Below are positions 22,192 to 31,596 of a stretch of 64,000 nucleotides of DNA, piece after piece (position 1 is the first letter of the stretch; every line of letters starts with the position of its first letter). Under the pieces are notes generated by a model. The model was not told the DNA's origin. It saw only the letters and a program-made list of their open reading frames with translations, and did not search any database. The stretch covers positions 51,113-115,112 of the forward strand of contig JBJMHR010000018.1 of the NCBI GenBank assembly GCA_045807285.1. The letters are read 5' to 3'. Source of the DNA: Actinomycetes bacterium. Lineage in GTDB: Bacteria; Actinomycetota; Actinomycetes; JAWWOW01. A program made the position numbers and the translations under genes.

Positions 22192-23205
22192 ATGGCACAA
22201 GACACCCCACGTTCCCGTGTGCTTTCCGGGATCCAGCCGACCGGCGAGGGCTTCCACCTCGGCAGCTGGCTGGGTGCGGTGCGCAACTGGGTGGCGATGC
22301 AGGACACGCATGACGCGTTCTACTGCGTCGTCGATCTGCACGCGATCACCGTCGGGCATGACCCGGAGGTGCTGCGTCGGCGTACCTATGAGTCGGTTGC
22401 CGAGCTGATCGCGATGGGCATCGACCCGGCTCGATGCACACTCTTCGTACAAAGCCACATTCCCGAACACACCGAGCTCGCCTGGGTCCTGTCGTGCATC
22501 ACGGGATTCGGCGAGGCCAGCCGGATGACGCAGTTCAAGGACCGCAGCCAGCGCTACGGCGCCGATTCGGTCAGCGTTGGTGTCTTCGGCTACCCGATCC
22601 TGCAAGCGGCCGACATCTTGCTCTACCAAGCCGCGCAGGTTCCCGTCGGACAAGACCAGCGGCAGCACCTCGAGCTCACGCGCGACCTCGCGCAGCGCTT
22701 CAACCATCGGTTCGGTGACACCTTCGTCGTACCGGAGGCGCACATCCCCTCGGTCGCCGGCAAGGTCAACGACCTGCAAGAGCCCGAGCGCGTGATGAGC
22801 AAGAGCGTCGGCGGCCCGGGTGTCATCTGGATGCAAGACCAGCCCGGCCGGATCCGCAAGAAGGTCAAGTCCGCTGTCACCGACAGCGGTAGCGAGATCA
22901 AGGCCGCCAACGACAAACCCGGCATCACCAACCTGCTCTCGATCCTGGCTGCGGTCACGGGCCGATCGGTCGCTGAGCTCGAGTCGGCGTACGCCGGCCA
23001 GGGTTATGGCGCCCTGAAGAACGACGTGGCGGAAGCCGTCGTCGACCTCGTGACACCCATCCAGGACCGGTACCGCGGACTTGTGGCGGACACCGAGACT
23101 CTCGACAGCCTCTTGGCCGAGGGCGCTGCACGTGCACGCAACGTCGCGAGCGAGACCATGCGCACCGTGCGCGACCGCGTCGGCTTCGTACCGAGCAAAG
23201 GCTGA
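22192..23205 (+). CDS. trpS: Tryptophan--tRNA ligase
   Basis: SGIQPT, HLGS (HIGH variant), VDLHAIT, YPILQAADIL, VPVGQDQRQH, VMSKS. Confidence 0.96.
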   Translation: MAQDTPRSRVLSGIQPTGEGFHLGSWLGAVRNWVAMQDTHDAFYCVVDLHAITVGHDPEVLRRRTYESVAELIAMGIDPARCTLFVQSHIPEHTELAWVLSCITGFGEASRMTQFKDRSQRYGADSVSVGVFGYPILQAADILLYQAAQVPVGQDQRQHLELTRDLAQRFNHRFGDTFVVPEAHIPSVAGKVNDLQEPERVMSKSVGGPGVIWMQDQPGRIRKKVKSAVTDSGSEIKAANDKPGITNLLSILAAVTGRSVAELESAYAGQGYGALKNDVAEAVVDLVTPIQDRYRGLVADTETLDSLLAEGAARARNVASETMRTVRDRVGFVPSKG

Positions 23206-23209
23206 CCGG

Positions 23210-23746
23210 GTGTCGGGGGGAGCCGATGGTCACGTCATCGGTGTCGCAGTGCCGATTCCGGAACCCTGGGGTCAGGAGCTAGCCGACGCGCGCAAGTTGT
23301 TCGGTGACCCGATGGCCGGGCTGATCCCACCGCACATCACGTTGCTGCCGCCGACGACGCTGGACGACGCGGTGTTCGTGCAGGTCGAGGACCATCTCCG
23401 CGAGGTCGCGGCCGAGCAGTCCGCGTTCGAGGTGCATTTGCGCGGGACGGGTTCGTTCCTCCCGGTTTCGCCCGTCATCTTTCTCGCGTTGGCCGGCGGC
23501 ATCAGTGATTTCGAACGGCTCGAGCAGGGGGTGCGCCGTGGTCCGTTGGAGCGTGAGCTGCACTTCCCGTATCACCCGCATGTCACGGTCGCGCATGATT
23601 TGCCGAGCGCGGCGCTCCAGCGGGCCTACGACGAGCTCGCGGACTACGAGTCTCGCTTCCGGGTCGGGTCGTTCCAGCTCTACGAGCACGGGGACGGCGG
23701 GGTCTGGCGGTCCCTTCGGGAGTTCTGGCTCGTCGACGCGGGGTGA
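23210..23746 (+). CDS. 2H phosphoesterase (2'-5' RNA ligase family)
   Basis: Two HxT motifs: PHITL and PHVTV. Confidence 0.88.
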   Translation: MSGGADGHVIGVAVPIPEPWGQELADARKLFGDPMAGLIPPHITLLPPTTLDDAVFVQVEDHLREVAAEQSAFEVHLRGTGSFLPVSPVIFLALAGGISDFERLEQGVRRGPLERELHFPYHPHVTVAHDLPSAALQRAYDELADYESRFRVGSFQLYEHGDGGVWRSLREFWLVDAG

Positions 23747-23778
23747 CTCCTGCCCTGGTCCGGGGTAAGGATTGAGGC

Positions 23779-24741
23779 GTGCCGCAGTTCCCGCCGGAGT
23801 TTTTGAAGCGAGCGTTCACCGCGGTACGGAACATGAGCCCGGCCTTTGACCACCTCGTGCGCGCCTGGCAGCGCTATTCGAAGGACAACGGCGGGCAGTT
23901 GGCCGCCTCGGTCACCTACTACGGCTTTCTTTCGTTCTTCCCGTTGATTGCGCTCGCGTTCTCTGTTCTCGGCTACGTCGTCGCACACGACCCGAGCATC
24001 AGTAAGAGCGTCGAGGATGCGCTGGAGCAGGCATTGCCGGGGATCGTCGGTCACGGCAGCAACCAGATCGACGTCGGAACGATCGCGGCGGCAAAGGCCG
24101 GCGCCGGCATCATCGGTCTGCTCGGCTTGCTGTACGCCGGTCTCGGCTGGGTCGACGCGATGCGGCAGGCGCTGCGCCAGATGTGGCACCAGGAGGTGAA
24201 CGCCGGCAACGTCGTCGTACGTAAGTTCTGGGACGTCGTCGTCCTGGTCGGCCTCGGTGTCGCGTTGCTCGCGTCTGTGCTGCTGTCCAGCGGCGCAACG
24301 ACAGCGACGAACCACGTGCTCGACTGGTTGGGCTTGAGCGGTTCCACTGGCGCGAAGATCCTCATCAAGGTCCTGGTTCCCATCCTCGCCGTTGGCGCGA
24401 ACGTTGCGATCTTCGGCTGGCTGTTCACCCGCCTTGCCCGCAGCAGCGAGCCCCGAGGGCGGGTGCTGCGCGGTGCGTTGCTGATGGCGGTGCTGTTCGA
24501 AGCGTTGAAGCAGGTGGGCGCGTTCTACCTGCACGGCACGACGTCCAACGCGATGTACGGCACGTTTGCCGCGGTCGTGGGTCTGCTGGTGTGGATCAAC
24601 ATCGTGTCGAGACTGATGCTGCTCTGCGCTGCGTGGATCGTGACCGCGCCGTACGACAGCGACCGCAAGCCCTCCGGCACTGCGAACGGCACCGCCGACG
24701 CATCGCAGCGCAACGAGCAGCTCACCACGGTGAGCGACTGA
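23779..24741 (+). CDS. YihY/BrkB family membrane protein
   Basis: LAASVTYYGFLSFFP, YGTFAAVVGLLVWIN; about six TM segments. Confidence 0.9.
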   Translation: MPQFPPEFLKRAFTAVRNMSPAFDHLVRAWQRYSKDNGGQLAASVTYYGFLSFFPLIALAFSVLGYVVAHDPSISKSVEDALEQALPGIVGHGSNQIDVGTIAAAKAGAGIIGLLGLLYAGLGWVDAMRQALRQMWHQEVNAGNVVVRKFWDVVVLVGLGVALLASVLLSSGATTATNHVLDWLGLSGSTGAKILIKVLVPILAVGANVAIFGWLFTRLARSSEPRGRVLRGALLMAVLFEALKQVGAFYLHGTTSNAMYGTFAAVVGLLVWINIVSRLMLLCAAWIVTAPYDSDRKPSGTANGTADASQRNEQLTTVSD

Positions 24742-24756
24742 GCAGGAGGCGTTCGC

Positions 24757-25899
24757 TCAGATCGGCGGCAGGCTGAACTTCGACCGCGAGCCGCCGAGCT
24801 GGTGGCGATGTCGGCGACGTGCGCGCAGACGAAGCCCGCCGAAAGCAACCACCACGCCCGCGCCGGCAGCGAGCGGAAGCACCGGGACATGGACGCTGTT
24901 CGGCGTGCGCTTTGTGAGCGACGTCGCGGCGGTGCCCGCCTGCGCTGCAGGCTTCGGTGTCGGCGGCGCGAACGGGTCCACGAGCGTGCCGACAGGCGTC
25001 ACCACGCCGTCGGCGCGGAACCCCCAGTCGAGCAGGTGTGCGGCGTCCTTCCAGAGATCCGGCTCGCCGTGCATGAGGGCCACGATCAGCCGGTGGCCGC
25101 CCCGCGTCGCCGCACCGATGAACGATGCCTTAGCTGCGACGGTGTAGCCATTCTTGACGCCGAACGCGCCGCGGTAGTTGAGCAGCAGATGGTCGTGCGT
25201 GTAGATCTCGTAGTGCTTGTGGTGCGGCGCTGGAAAGAACGCACGCCTGGTCGACACGTAGGTGCGGAACGCCGGCATCTGCAAACCGGCACGCGAGATC
25301 AATGCCAGGTCGTACGCCGAGCTCGTCTGACCGCGCGCGTCCAGCCCGTTCGGCGTACGGGCAAAGGTGTCATAGGCCTGCAGGTGCTGCGCCTCGTCGT
25401 TCATCATGTGTAGTGCCGCCGGCAGACTCTGGCGACCAGTGGCAACCGTCATCGCCGCGTCGTTCGCGGACATCATCAACATCGCCTTGAACAACGAATC
25501 GGCGGAGTACCACTGACCCGGGACGACGCCCACCTTTGTGCCGTCCACGGCCGCGTCGTCGTACGTCGCCTGAATACCGAACGAACGCGACAGCCGCGGG
25601 ATGAACGTGACCGCAGTGAGGGTCTTCAAGGTGCTGGCCGGAGCGAACCGGCCATGTGCGTTCTTGGCGGCAAGAACCTTCCCGGTGTCGAGGTCGGCGA
25701 GGACGTACGACGAGGCCAGCACGTTCGGCGGCGCTACGACGCCTGGGACGAGGCTGGCGACGACCCCGGGACCACCCAGGAGCGGCCCCCCGACAACCGG
25801 GGTCGGCTCGGGCCCGACAGCACCAGCGGCGGGACAGACAGACAGCGCAAGAACGCAGCCGCCGGCTACGGCGGCGCACAAGCGGGCGAGCCGGCGCAT
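24757..25899 (-). CDS. D-alanyl-D-alanine carboxypeptidase (S11)
   Basis: Signal peptide, PASTLK (SxxK), SAND (SxN), KNG (KTG variant), C-terminal TM anchor. Confidence 0.93.
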   Translation of the reverse strand: MRRLARLCAAVAGGCVLALSVCPAAGAVGPEPTPVVGGPLLGGPGVVASLVPGVVAPPNVLASSYVLADLDTGKVLAAKNAHGRFAPASTLKTLTAVTFIPRLSRSFGIQATYDDAAVDGTKVGVVPGQWYSADSLFKAMLMMSANDAAMTVATGRQSLPAALHMMNDEAQHLQAYDTFARTPNGLDARGQTSSAYDLALISRAGLQMPAFRTYVSTRRAFFPAPHHKHYEIYTHDHLLLNYRGAFGVKNGYTVAAKASFIGAATRGGHRLIVALMHGEPDLWKDAAHLLDWGFRADGVVTPVGTLVDPFAPPTPKPAAQAGTAATSLTKRTPNSVHVPVLPLAAGAGVVVAFGGLRLRARRRHRHQLGGSRSKFSLPPI

Positions 25900-25924
25900 G
25901 ACCGGGCCAGGTTACCCGGACTGA

Positions 25925-27460
25925 CTAGGTGGACGCGTGGAACGTCGACAGCACCATCGCGCGCAAGTCCTGCGCCTTGTCCCATCCGCTGGTCAGCGTC
26001 TGCCACCAGAGGAGATAGACCTGCCCCCCCTTCGGATACGCCAGGAAGCTCGCCTCGAGATCTGCGCCCTCGCTCTGGTACGTCGCGGTCAGCACCGGTA
26101 CGGGCGTGTTACGAAATGTCGTCGTCGTGCGTGACTGCTGCTGATAGCCGGGGTGCCCCGATTCAAAGCTGGTCGCAAAGGCGTCGAGGACGGCGCTCGC
26201 GTCCGACCCGCGCTGGTTGGCAACAGCGATGTAGGCGGAGCCCTGGCTCGGCGGCCGCTTGTACCGGATGAACTCGTTGTCCGTCTGCGTGGTCCAGTCG
26301 GCGGGTGTCGCGACGCTCCAGCCGGCGGGCGCCGTGTGGGTCTTCCAGTCAGCTGGAATGCCGTTGTGCCCGGGCGAGAACGGCCCGTCACCCGACGACG
26401 TCGTGCCGCCCGGCGAGTTTGCCTTGGGGTGCTTGCCGGAGGACAGCCACACGGCGATGGCGGCGCCGACACCGACCACGAGGAGCAGGAACAGTGCGGC
26501 ACCGAGCCACCGCTGCGGTCGTCGTGGCACCGGTTGCACGCGCCGCTGTTCTTCCGGCGCACGTGTGGCGGTAACCGCGGGCAGAACACGTGTGCCGTCG
26601 TCGTCCGTCACGGGCGCCCACGCCGCAGTCTCCGACGTCGAAGCGTTGCTGGTAATGGCTGTGAGTCGCTCGCGCGTTTCGTCTTCGGTCAGCCGGCCCG
26701 CCGGATCCTTCGCGAGCAATCCATCGATCACCGGTCCGACCGGGCCGGCGCGGCGGCACGGTGTCGGCGGGTCGCTCACGATCGCCGTGAGCGTCGCAAT
26801 CGGTGTCTCGCGTTCGAACGGTGGCACACCCTCGACTGCGGCGTACAACGTCGCGCCGAGCGAGAACAGGTCCGACTGCGGACCGAGCTGCAAACCGCGC
26901 GCGCGTTCGGGTGACATGTACGCCGGGCTTCCGACGATGTCACCGGTGCGCGTGATCGACGAGTCGCCTTCGACTTGAGCAATCCCGAAGTCGGTCAGTA
27001 CGACGCGACCGTCGTCGCACAGCTGCACGTTGGCGGGCTTGATGTCGCGGTGCAGGATGCCGGCGCGATGCGCCGCGCTGATCACGTCGACCAGCGCGAG
27101 CCCGATCTGCGCGACGCGCGCCGGTGGTAGCGGACCGTCGGCGTTGACCGCGTCCTTGAGCGTGCGTCCGGTCAGCACCTCCATCACGATCCACGGGGGT
27201 GAGCTGCTTGCGTCGTCGTCGACGATGTCGTAGATGCGGACAGCGCCTGGATGATCCAGCCGAGCGGCTGCGCGCGCTTCGCGCACCATGCGCTCCCGGA
27301 CGTCTTCACTGGCGCCCGTCGTACCGACGACCTCTTTGACGGCAACGGTGCGGTCGAGTACGTCGTCGTGCGCGAGCCAGACGACGCCCATGCCGCCACG
27401 GCCCAGCGGCTCGACCAGGCGATATCGCTGCCCGATCAGGCGGCCGGCCGATGAAGTCAC
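25925..27460 (-). CDS. Transmembrane Ser/Thr protein kinase with extracellular domain
   Basis: LGRGGMGVV, VAVK, HRDIKPANV, DFG, YMSPE, DLFSLG; one TM; about 150-aa external domain. Start GTG 27460 or ATG 27472. Confidence 0.92.
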   Translation of the reverse strand: MTSSAGRLIGQRYRLVEPLGRGGMGVVWLAHDDVLDRTVAVKEVVGTTGASEDVRERMVREARAAARLDHPGAVRIYDIVDDDASSSPPWIVMEVLTGRTLKDAVNADGPLPPARVAQIGLALVDVISAAHRAGILHRDIKPANVQLCDDGRVVLTDFGIAQVEGDSSITRTGDIVGSPAYMSPERARGLQLGPQSDLFSLGATLYAAVEGVPPFERETPIATLTAIVSDPPTPCRRAGPVGPVIDGLLAKDPAGRLTEDETRERLTAITSNASTSETAAWAPVTDDDGTRVLPAVTATRAPEEQRRVQPVPRRPQRWLGAALFLLLVVGVGAAIAVWLSSGKHPKANSPGGTTSSGDGPFSPGHNGIPADWKTHTAPAGWSVATPADWTTQTDNEFIRYKRPPSQGSAYIAVANQRGSDASAVLDAFATSFESGHPGYQQQSRTTTTFRNTPVPVLTATYQSEGADLEASFLAYPKGGQVYLLWWQTLTSGWDKAQDLRAMVLSTFHAST

Positions 27461-27481
27461 GGCCGGTAGCATCGCAGCATC

Positions 27482-29062
27482 ATGGTGCGCGAGTCGGAGA
27501 GTGGGCTGCCGATCGAGCCGGTGTACGGCCCGGAGGCGCTCAGCGGCTTCGACGCCGACGGACGCCTGGGCAGTCCGGGCGAGTTTCCGTTCACGCGCGG
27601 TGTCTACCCCACGATGTACACCGGTCGCCCTTGGACCATGCGGCAATACGCCGGATTTGCGACCGCGAAGGAGTCCAACGAGCGCTATCACCAGCTGAGC
27701 GCGGCCGGGACCACGGGGCTGTCCGTCGCCTTCGATCTGCCGACGCAGATGGGCTACGACTCCGACGACCCGGTGGCCCATGGCGAGGTGGGCAAGGTCG
27801 GTGTCGCGATCGACTCGATCGACGACATGCAACAGCTCTTCGACGGGATCCCGCTCGACCAGGTGACGACGTCGATGACGATCAACGCACCGGCGTCCCT
27901 GCTGTTGTTGCTCTACCAGCTCGTCGGCGAACAGCAAGGGGTCGACACGGCGAAACTCGGCGGCACGGTGCAGAACGACATCCTCAAGGAGTACATTGCT
28001 CGCGGCACGTACATCTTCCCGCCGAAGCCGTCGCTGCGTCTCGTTGCCGACTCGTTCGCATACTGCAAGTCAGAGCTGCCGCGGTGGAACACGATCTCGA
28101 TCTCCGGCTATCACATGGCTGAAGCCGGCGCGACGCCCGTGCAAGAGATCGCGTTCACGTTGGCCGATGGCATTGCGTACGTGCGGGCAGCGGTGGCAGC
28201 GGGTCTTGCTGTTGACGACTTCGCACCCCGGCTGTCGTTCTTCTTCGTTGCTCGTACGACGTTGCTCGAAGAAGTTGCCAAGTTCCGTGCCGCGCGTCGC
28301 ATCTGGGCGCAGGTGATGCGTGACGAGTTCGGCGCGCGGGACCCCAAGTCACAAATGCTGCGTTTTCACACGCAGACGGCCGGCGTACAGCTCACGGCAC
28401 AGCAACCTGAGGTCAACATGGTGCGTGTCACGGTGCAGGCGCTCGCCGCCGCACTCGGCGGCACACAGTCACTGCACACGAACTCCTACGACGAGGCGAT
28501 CGCGTTGCCCACCGAGAAGGCGGCGCGCCTCGCCGTACGCACGCAACAGGTGCTTGCGAACGAGACCGACGTCACGGCGACGGTCGACCCATTCGCGGGC
28601 TCGTACTTCATCGAGTCGATGACAGATGAGGTCGAGGACGCTGCGCGCGACCTGATGCGCAAAGTCGAGGACATGGGTGGCGCGGTCGAGGCGATCGAGC
28701 AGGGCTTCCAGAAGCGCGAGATCGAGATGGCGGCCTACCGCGTCGCCCAGCAGATCGACGAGGGATCGCGTGTTGTCGTCGGACTCAACCGCTATACGGT
28801 TCCAGAAGAGGAGCACTACCAGCCGCTTCGGGTCGACCCGACGATCGAGGCGGCGCAGGCGGCCCGGCTCGAGCGACTGCGCGCCGAGCGCGATGGCACC
28901 GAGGTGCAGCGCCAGCTCGACCTGCTGCAGAAGGTCGCCGAGAGAGAGGACAACGTTCTCTACCCGATGCGGGACGCACTGCGCGCGAAGGCCACGGTCG
29001 GTGAGGTGTGCGGTGCGCTCCGCGAGGTCTGGGGGGTCTACCAGCCGCGCGACGCTTTCTGA
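27482..29062 (+). CDS. Methylmalonyl-CoA mutase, stand-alone large (substrate-binding) subunit
   Basis: [43 protein letters not shown]; no B12 domain. Confidence 0.92.
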   Translation: MVRESESGLPIEPVYGPEALSGFDADGRLGSPGEFPFTRGVYPTMYTGRPWTMRQYAGFATAKESNERYHQLSAAGTTGLSVAFDLPTQMGYDSDDPVAHGEVGKVGVAIDSIDDMQQLFDGIPLDQVTTSMTINAPASLLLLLYQLVGEQQGVDTAKLGGTVQNDILKEYIARGTYIFPPKPSLRLVADSFAYCKSELPRWNTISISGYHMAEAGATPVQEIAFTLADGIAYVRAAVAAGLAVDDFAPRLSFFFVARTTLLEEVAKFRAARRIWAQVMRDEFGARDPKSQMLRFHTQTAGVQLTAQQPEVNMVRVTVQALAAALGGTQSLHTNSYDEAIALPTEKAARLAVRTQQVLANETDVTATVDPFAGSYFIESMTDEVEDAARDLMRKVEDMGGAVEAIEQGFQKREIEMAAYRVAQQIDEGSRVVVGLNRYTVPEEEHYQPLRVDPTIEAAQAARLERLRAERDGTEVQRQLDLLQKVAEREDNVLYPMRDALRAKATVGEVCGALREVWGVYQPRDAF

Positions 29063-29160
29063 GCGCTCATGCGCCGCCCCGGGTTGGCGCCGATTCGTCC
29101 TTTGTGTGACTCTGTACGTCGAGGAAGGCACGTTCGGGGGGAGCAGGAGAGGTACCAGTC

Positions 29161-29406
29161 GTGATCTACGTCCTAGCGATCATCGTAGGCGTGTGTGCGC
29201 TGGGTGCTGCCCTCGTCGCGCTCGGCCGCAAGCCACCTCGCGACGATGTCGAGCGGTTCCACCGTGCCCGCGCCATGACGACCGAGTGGAGCCGGCACTA
29301 CGCGGCGACCGGCCATCTAGAGCTGCCGAACGAACGCAACGGTCATGACAACGGGCATGACAACCGGGAACGATCGCACGACCGCGAACCGGCCGAGCAC
29401 CGCTAA
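29161..29406 (+). CDS. Small single-TM hypothetical protein
   Basis: SD AGGAG, N-terminal hydrophobic helix, charged His-rich tail with an NGHD-NGHD duplication. Confidence 0.6.
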   Translation: MIYVLAIIVGVCALGAALVALGRKPPRDDVERFHRARAMTTEWSRHYAATGHLELPNERNGHDNGHDNRERSHDREPAEHR

Positions 29407-29409
29407 CCG

Positions 29410-29868
29410 CTAGTCCGATGGCCCCACTGATCGGCACGGTCGGTTCCGCAACTCCGTGACGTAGTCGTCCGGCGCGCCGGCGGCTTCAGCCGCATCGGCC
29501 AGCATCCCGAGGTAGCGAGCCGACGGCAAACCACCTTCGTAGCCGTCCAGGACGTAGAGCCAGGCGAGCACGTCACCGTCGAGCGTGTGCACCCGAAGGC
29601 GATGCTTGCGGTACACGCCGATGTTGACACCCTCCCACTGGTCGAGCGCTTTCTCATCGTCGTCTGTGACGTCGTACAACCGGACGAACACACGCGCGCC
29701 GACGTCTTCGACGAGCGTCGCGAGTGCACCGTCCCAACCGATGTCCTCACCGCCGAATGTCAGCCGCCAGCCCTGAAGCCATCCGAACCCACGCGACGGC
29801 GAATGCGGACAGCGCTCGGCCATCCGAGTGCTGTCCATGTTGCTGCCGTACGCCGCATGAACGGGCAC
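29410..29868 (-). CDS. Gamma-glutamylcyclotransferase family protein
   Basis: AAYGSNM, GWRLTFGG, LDQWEG, PSARYL. Confidence 0.88.
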   Translation of the reverse strand: MPVHAAYGSNMDSTRMAERCPHSPSRGFGWLQGWRLTFGGEDIGWDGALATLVEDVGARVFVRLYDVTDDDEKALDQWEGVNIGVYRKHRLRVHTLDGDVLAWLYVLDGYEGGLPSARYLGMLADAAEAAGAPDDYVTELRNRPCRSVGPSD

Positions 29869-29905
29869 GGCCGAATCTTCGCACCAGATGCGACAGGATG
29901 CAGAT

Positions 29906-31222
29906 GTGACGCGCATTGTGATTGTCGGCGGTGGTCCTGGGGGCTACGAAGCTGCGCTCGTCGCTGCACAGCTCGGTGCCGCTGTGACCGTCGTCGAACG
30001 CGAAGGCATCGGTGGTGCATGCGTGCTCACCGACTGCGTCCCGTCAAAGACATTGATCAGCGCATCGGAGTCGCCATTCGCCGGCGCTCTGACTGAGGTC
30101 AACGCGCGCGTGCTCGCCTTGGCGCAAGCGCAGTCGGCGGACGTTCTTGCGCGGTTGCGGCGTGAGGGCGTCAATGTCGTCCTGGGTGAAGCGACGGTTC
30201 GCTCGGCCGGTGCAGTGGAGGTTGGCGGCGAGACCTTGCCCGCAGATGCCGTGCTGGTCGCGGTTGGCGCGACACCGCGCGTGCTGCCGGGGTTGGTCCC
30301 TGACGGCGAACGGATCCTCACGTGGCGTGACGTCTATCGATTGCCGGCGTTGCCGGAGCGGCTCATCGTGGTCGGGTCCGGCGTTACCGGCGCGGAGTTC
30401 GCCAGCGGCTATCTCGCGCTGGGGTGTGACGTCACGCTCGTGTCGAGCCGGGAGCGTGTGCTCCCGGGGGAGGACGCCGACGCGGCCACCGTCCTCGAGG
30501 AGGTGTTCGCGCGCCGAGGGATGACCGTGCTCTCCCGCTCGCGTGCATCGAGCGTCGAGCGCGCCGACGCTGGTGTTGTCCTCACGTTGTCGGACGGGCG
30601 CTGTATCGAGGGCTCGCACTGCTTGCTTGCGGTCGGCTCCGAGCCCAATACGCACACCCTCGGTCTCGAGGAGGCCGGCGTACGGCTGACCGACAGCGGG
30701 TTCGTCGAGGTGGACCGGGTCTCGCGTACCGCAGTCCCTGGCATCTACGCCGCCGGCGACTGCACCGGAGTATTGATGCTCGCATCGGTGGCAGCGATGC
30801 AAGGCCGGATCGCAATGTGGCACGCCTTGGGCGAAGCAGTCGCGCCGCTGCGGTTGTCGACGGTCGCAGCGACTGTGTTCACGCAACCGGAGATCGCGAC
30901 GGTTGGTGTCACGCAGGCGGCGGTCGAGACCGGAAGCGTGGACGCACGCGCGGTCATGTTGCCGCTGGCGACGAACGCTCGCGCAAAGATGCAGCAGATC
31001 ACGGACGGCTTTGTGAAGCTGTTCGCGCGTCCGTCGACCGGAACCGTGCTGGGCGGTGTCGTGGTCGCGCCGAGGGCGAGTGAGCTGATCCTGCCGCTGT
31101 CGCTCGCAGTGCAGATCGGGCTGACGGTTGACCAGCTCGCGCATTCGTTCGCGGTCTATCCGTCGCTTTCCGGCAGCATCACCGAGGCAGCACGGCAACT
31201 GATGGAGCACGCGCCGACGTAG
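29906..31222 (+). CDS. NAD(P)H-quinone dehydrogenase (LpdA-like flavoprotein disulfide reductase)
   Basis: GGGPGG, CVLTDCVPSK, GSGVTGAE, YAAGD, LASVAAMQGRIA; C-terminal YPSLSG instead of HPTxSE. Confidence 0.88.
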   Translation: MTRIVIVGGGPGGYEAALVAAQLGAAVTVVEREGIGGACVLTDCVPSKTLISASESPFAGALTEVNARVLALAQAQSADVLARLRREGVNVVLGEATVRSAGAVEVGGETLPADAVLVAVGATPRVLPGLVPDGERILTWRDVYRLPALPERLIVVGSGVTGAEFASGYLALGCDVTLVSSRERVLPGEDADAATVLEEVFARRGMTVLSRSRASSVERADAGVVLTLSDGRCIEGSHCLLAVGSEPNTHTLGLEEAGVRLTDSGFVEVDRVSRTAVPGIYAAGDCTGVLMLASVAAMQGRIAMWHALGEAVAPLRLSTVAATVFTQPEIATVGVTQAAVETGSVDARAVMLPLATNARAKMQQITDGFVKLFARPSTGTVLGGVVVAPRASELILPLSLAVQIGLTVDQLAHSFAVYPSLSGSITEAARQLMEHAPT

Positions 31223-31280
31223 CGGCAACATCACTCAACCGGCGGAGTTGAGGGTGCGGTCTCTCGGGCAGGACGGCGCC

Positions 31281-31502
31281 ATGGCATTGACGACTTCAGA
31301 AGACGCCGATCTCCGTCGGCTGGCATCTTTCGATCGAATCGGCTTCCTCGATGTACGCGGGCAGACCCGTTTGCACGAGTTGCGCGCACGCGACCGACGG
31401 ACTGTGGTTCGCGACGTCGACGAGTCCGTCGAGAATCTGGCGCCGCTTCGCTACGGCGGCCGTCCGCTTCGCGGCGCGACGTGCGCTGTCTATCCGGTCT
31501 AG
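31281..31502 (+). CDS. Small hypothetical protein
   Basis: 73 codons filling the gap, AGGA upstream, helical LHELRARDRR segment. Confidence 0.5.
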   Translation: MALTTSEDADLRRLASFDRIGFLDVRGQTRLHELRARDRRTVVRDVDESVENLAPLRYGGRPLRGATCAVYPV

Positions 31503-31529
31503 CGGGAACAGGCACCCCGCGACCGGCTG

Positions 31530-31565
31530 CGCGGTGACCGCCGGTTCTATGCGGCGGTGGCCGCG
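31530..31565. terminator. Imperfect stem-loop between convergent genes
   Basis: CGCGGTGACCGCCG / CGGCGGTGGCCGCG. Confidence 0.55.
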
Positions 31566-31596
31566 TTGATCATGGCAGCGGGCGGGGGAGCGGGAG

